Shown here piece after piece: positions 62,226 to 64,000 of a DNA stretch of 64,000 nt. The notes under the pieces were generated by a model. It saw only the letters and a program-made list of their open reading frames with translations. It had not been told where the DNA came from and ran no database searches. Numbering within the stretch: position 1 is the first letter of the stretch; every line of letters begins with the position of its first letter. The translations under genes were made by a program, and so were the position numbers. The stretch is from Takakia lepidozioides (taxonomy: Eukaryota > Plantae > Bryophyta). The DNA is taken from contig CM060732.1 of assembly GCA_030704615.1 (NCBI GenBank), positions 38,812,001-38,876,000 of the forward strand, given 5' to 3'.

Positions 62226-64000
62226 GGACTGGTAAGTTTTCATCCTGAAGCTTGACAGTGAATGGGATGACGATACCCGCGTGGAGGTAATCCTAATGAA
62301 CGCAAGCTAGGCGACGCAGGCCATCGTTGGAGTTTAACAACGACGACAATGGAGCGTAACAAGTAACAACCTTCACAAAGGTAATTGTAACGGAGGGGGA
62401 GAAGCACGTTTGCTGGCCTCGGTGTGTGAACGCGCTCTTTGTCGCGAGGGGAAGAAGGACAGGGGTCCTTGCAGAAATCTATGGTGGAAGAAGCTCCATT
62501 ACAGCTGCTCGTGCTCGCCGTCTGCCTCAGAGTTTCTGTGTTTTGAAGAAGGGGGAGTATGTACGCAGTTTGTTGATGGAGGGTTTTAGAAGAGATTGAT
62601 GCGAGGTTTCTATTTGCGTTGATGTGGGGCCCTCAGGGCGTCGAGGATTGGTGGTGTGATATTCAGGTGGTCCCAGAGGAAGTTGGTTTGGATACAGTGC
62701 AGAAAAGAATTGCAGAAATAGAAGGAGGTCCAATCGTCTCTCAGACTTAAGCTTAGTTCCTTCGTTTATGTCACTGTCTTGTTTATCACCGGAGGTACAC
62801 AACAGAAACAGGACGTCATGCCCGAGGTGATGCAGCACTGGTCTGATTATACTCTGAGCATCGGTGATGTGAAGCGTGCGGACGCACCTGGCCAGTCGTC
62901 TTCTGTGCTGGTGCTTCTCAATTACCGTCTGCCTCGTTACACTCCGTTGCTTTGGGATCAGGGTATTCACTCCTCTCTCGCTCTGGTTGTCGTTCCCTGT
63001 TTGTGTAGCACAGTGGAGCCCCGTCTCTTGAGTTTTCGCTCTTCCTCAATTTGGCAACCCTCTCTGCTTCTCCGCTGGGTTTGTTTTCGCTCTAGCATCA
63101 CTGCTGCTTTTGAAGTTCAATACTTTGACGACTTGTATGTTATTCCAACTTCGCATGACCACGAAAATAGGACGCTCCGATTCCGTGTGCGTTCTGCTGT
63201 TTGTGGAGAACAGGGCGTGCCGTATTTGACCGAAGAGGTCTTAGGTTGGCAGCACGTTTTCGTAACAATCATGTTACAGACTAAATTTGTTTTGTGTGTG
63301 AGTGAGAGGGGGAGAGAGAGAGAGGAGAAGACACTTTATCAGTAGTTTGATGGTGCAACAGACAAGAATGGGCAGCTGATAAATGGGTGTGCAGGGGGCT
63401 ACAGCTTGCCTGCGCGTTTGTGCCGATGGAGGTGCCAACCGTTTGTATGATGAGCTCCCTCTGTTGCTCCCCGGCCAAGACCCAGCCCTTGTGCGTCATC
63501 GGTATGCTCTCGTTGCCTTTTTCTGATGTTTCTGTCTCAATTCTATGTCCACCTCTTGACTTTGCCTCGCAGCTTGTCGAGTGAACAAGTCTCCTTATTT
63601 TTCTTATTCTTTTTCTTATTTCTTTCTTTCTTTCAGAAACAGATTCAACCACAAAATATACTCTAGGACTGAGGTCTTTACACCATACTTAGAAAATGGG
63701 AGGGAAACTCCAGGGGCTGGAGAGCTCGCACCCTTAATGTTATCATCTCAATTCCCACAACACCGGTTTTGTTACTGTGAGTGAAGGCGGCGTGATCCAC
63801 GTAAAATCAAGTCTGCTGTTAAAGTGCCGCTTTTCAACATTTGGATGACTGGAGTCAAGTCCATTTGTAAAGGCAAGTCCCATTGGAGAGAGTTCTGTGC
63901 CATTGGTGGCCCCATTCTGTTCTTCTGTGCGCTTCTCCTCTTTTCTCTTAACTGGGCATGGGGTTTATGGCCACAAGGCCACTGCCAGCATGGACTAACG

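Noticed and set aside
62527-63784. ORFs at the right end of the window
   Set aside because: Composition looks like the 5' UTR or intron of a downstream gene, with no recognisable protein motifs.

Overview
Eukaryotic land-plant DNA with spliceosomal introns, probably from a non-seed plant such as a bryophyte (inference). Host genes lie at the edges: an S40/DUF584 senescence regulator (5'-truncated), a 9-exon GHSQG triacylglycerol lipase, a large repeat-rich group-3-type LEA gene and a small OB-fold protein gene. About 2-50 kb is a nested transposon island. It holds a truncated Copia element, a PPR pseudogene split by a 20.7 kb CACTA element (11188-31863, TSD GGT), an SMT1 pseudogene fragment, LINE pieces and a Sola/DUF7869-like transposase relic. 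The main observation is an 11.4 kb Mutator-like element (MULE; 17810-29219, 9-bp TSD GTCTTGGGG) nested in the CACTA, with two head-to-head genes. One is a GCM/WRKY-like + DDE + SWIM transposase. The other is a multi-exon gene fusing a ParB/Srx-like domain (DGNHR) to a prokaryote-type beta-class N6-adenine/N4-cytosine DNA methyltransferase (MTase) domain. Its two long introns carry arrays of a 22-26 bp palindrome (TCAACCTTGCGT-TG-ACGCAAGGTTGA). A diverged, truncated second family member at about 41.6-45.7 kb keeps the head-to-head layout and the same palindrome in the equivalent intron. Together this suggests a transposon family encoding its own ParB-MTase with parS-like sites. All domain calls come from motif recognition by eye, and no searches were run.
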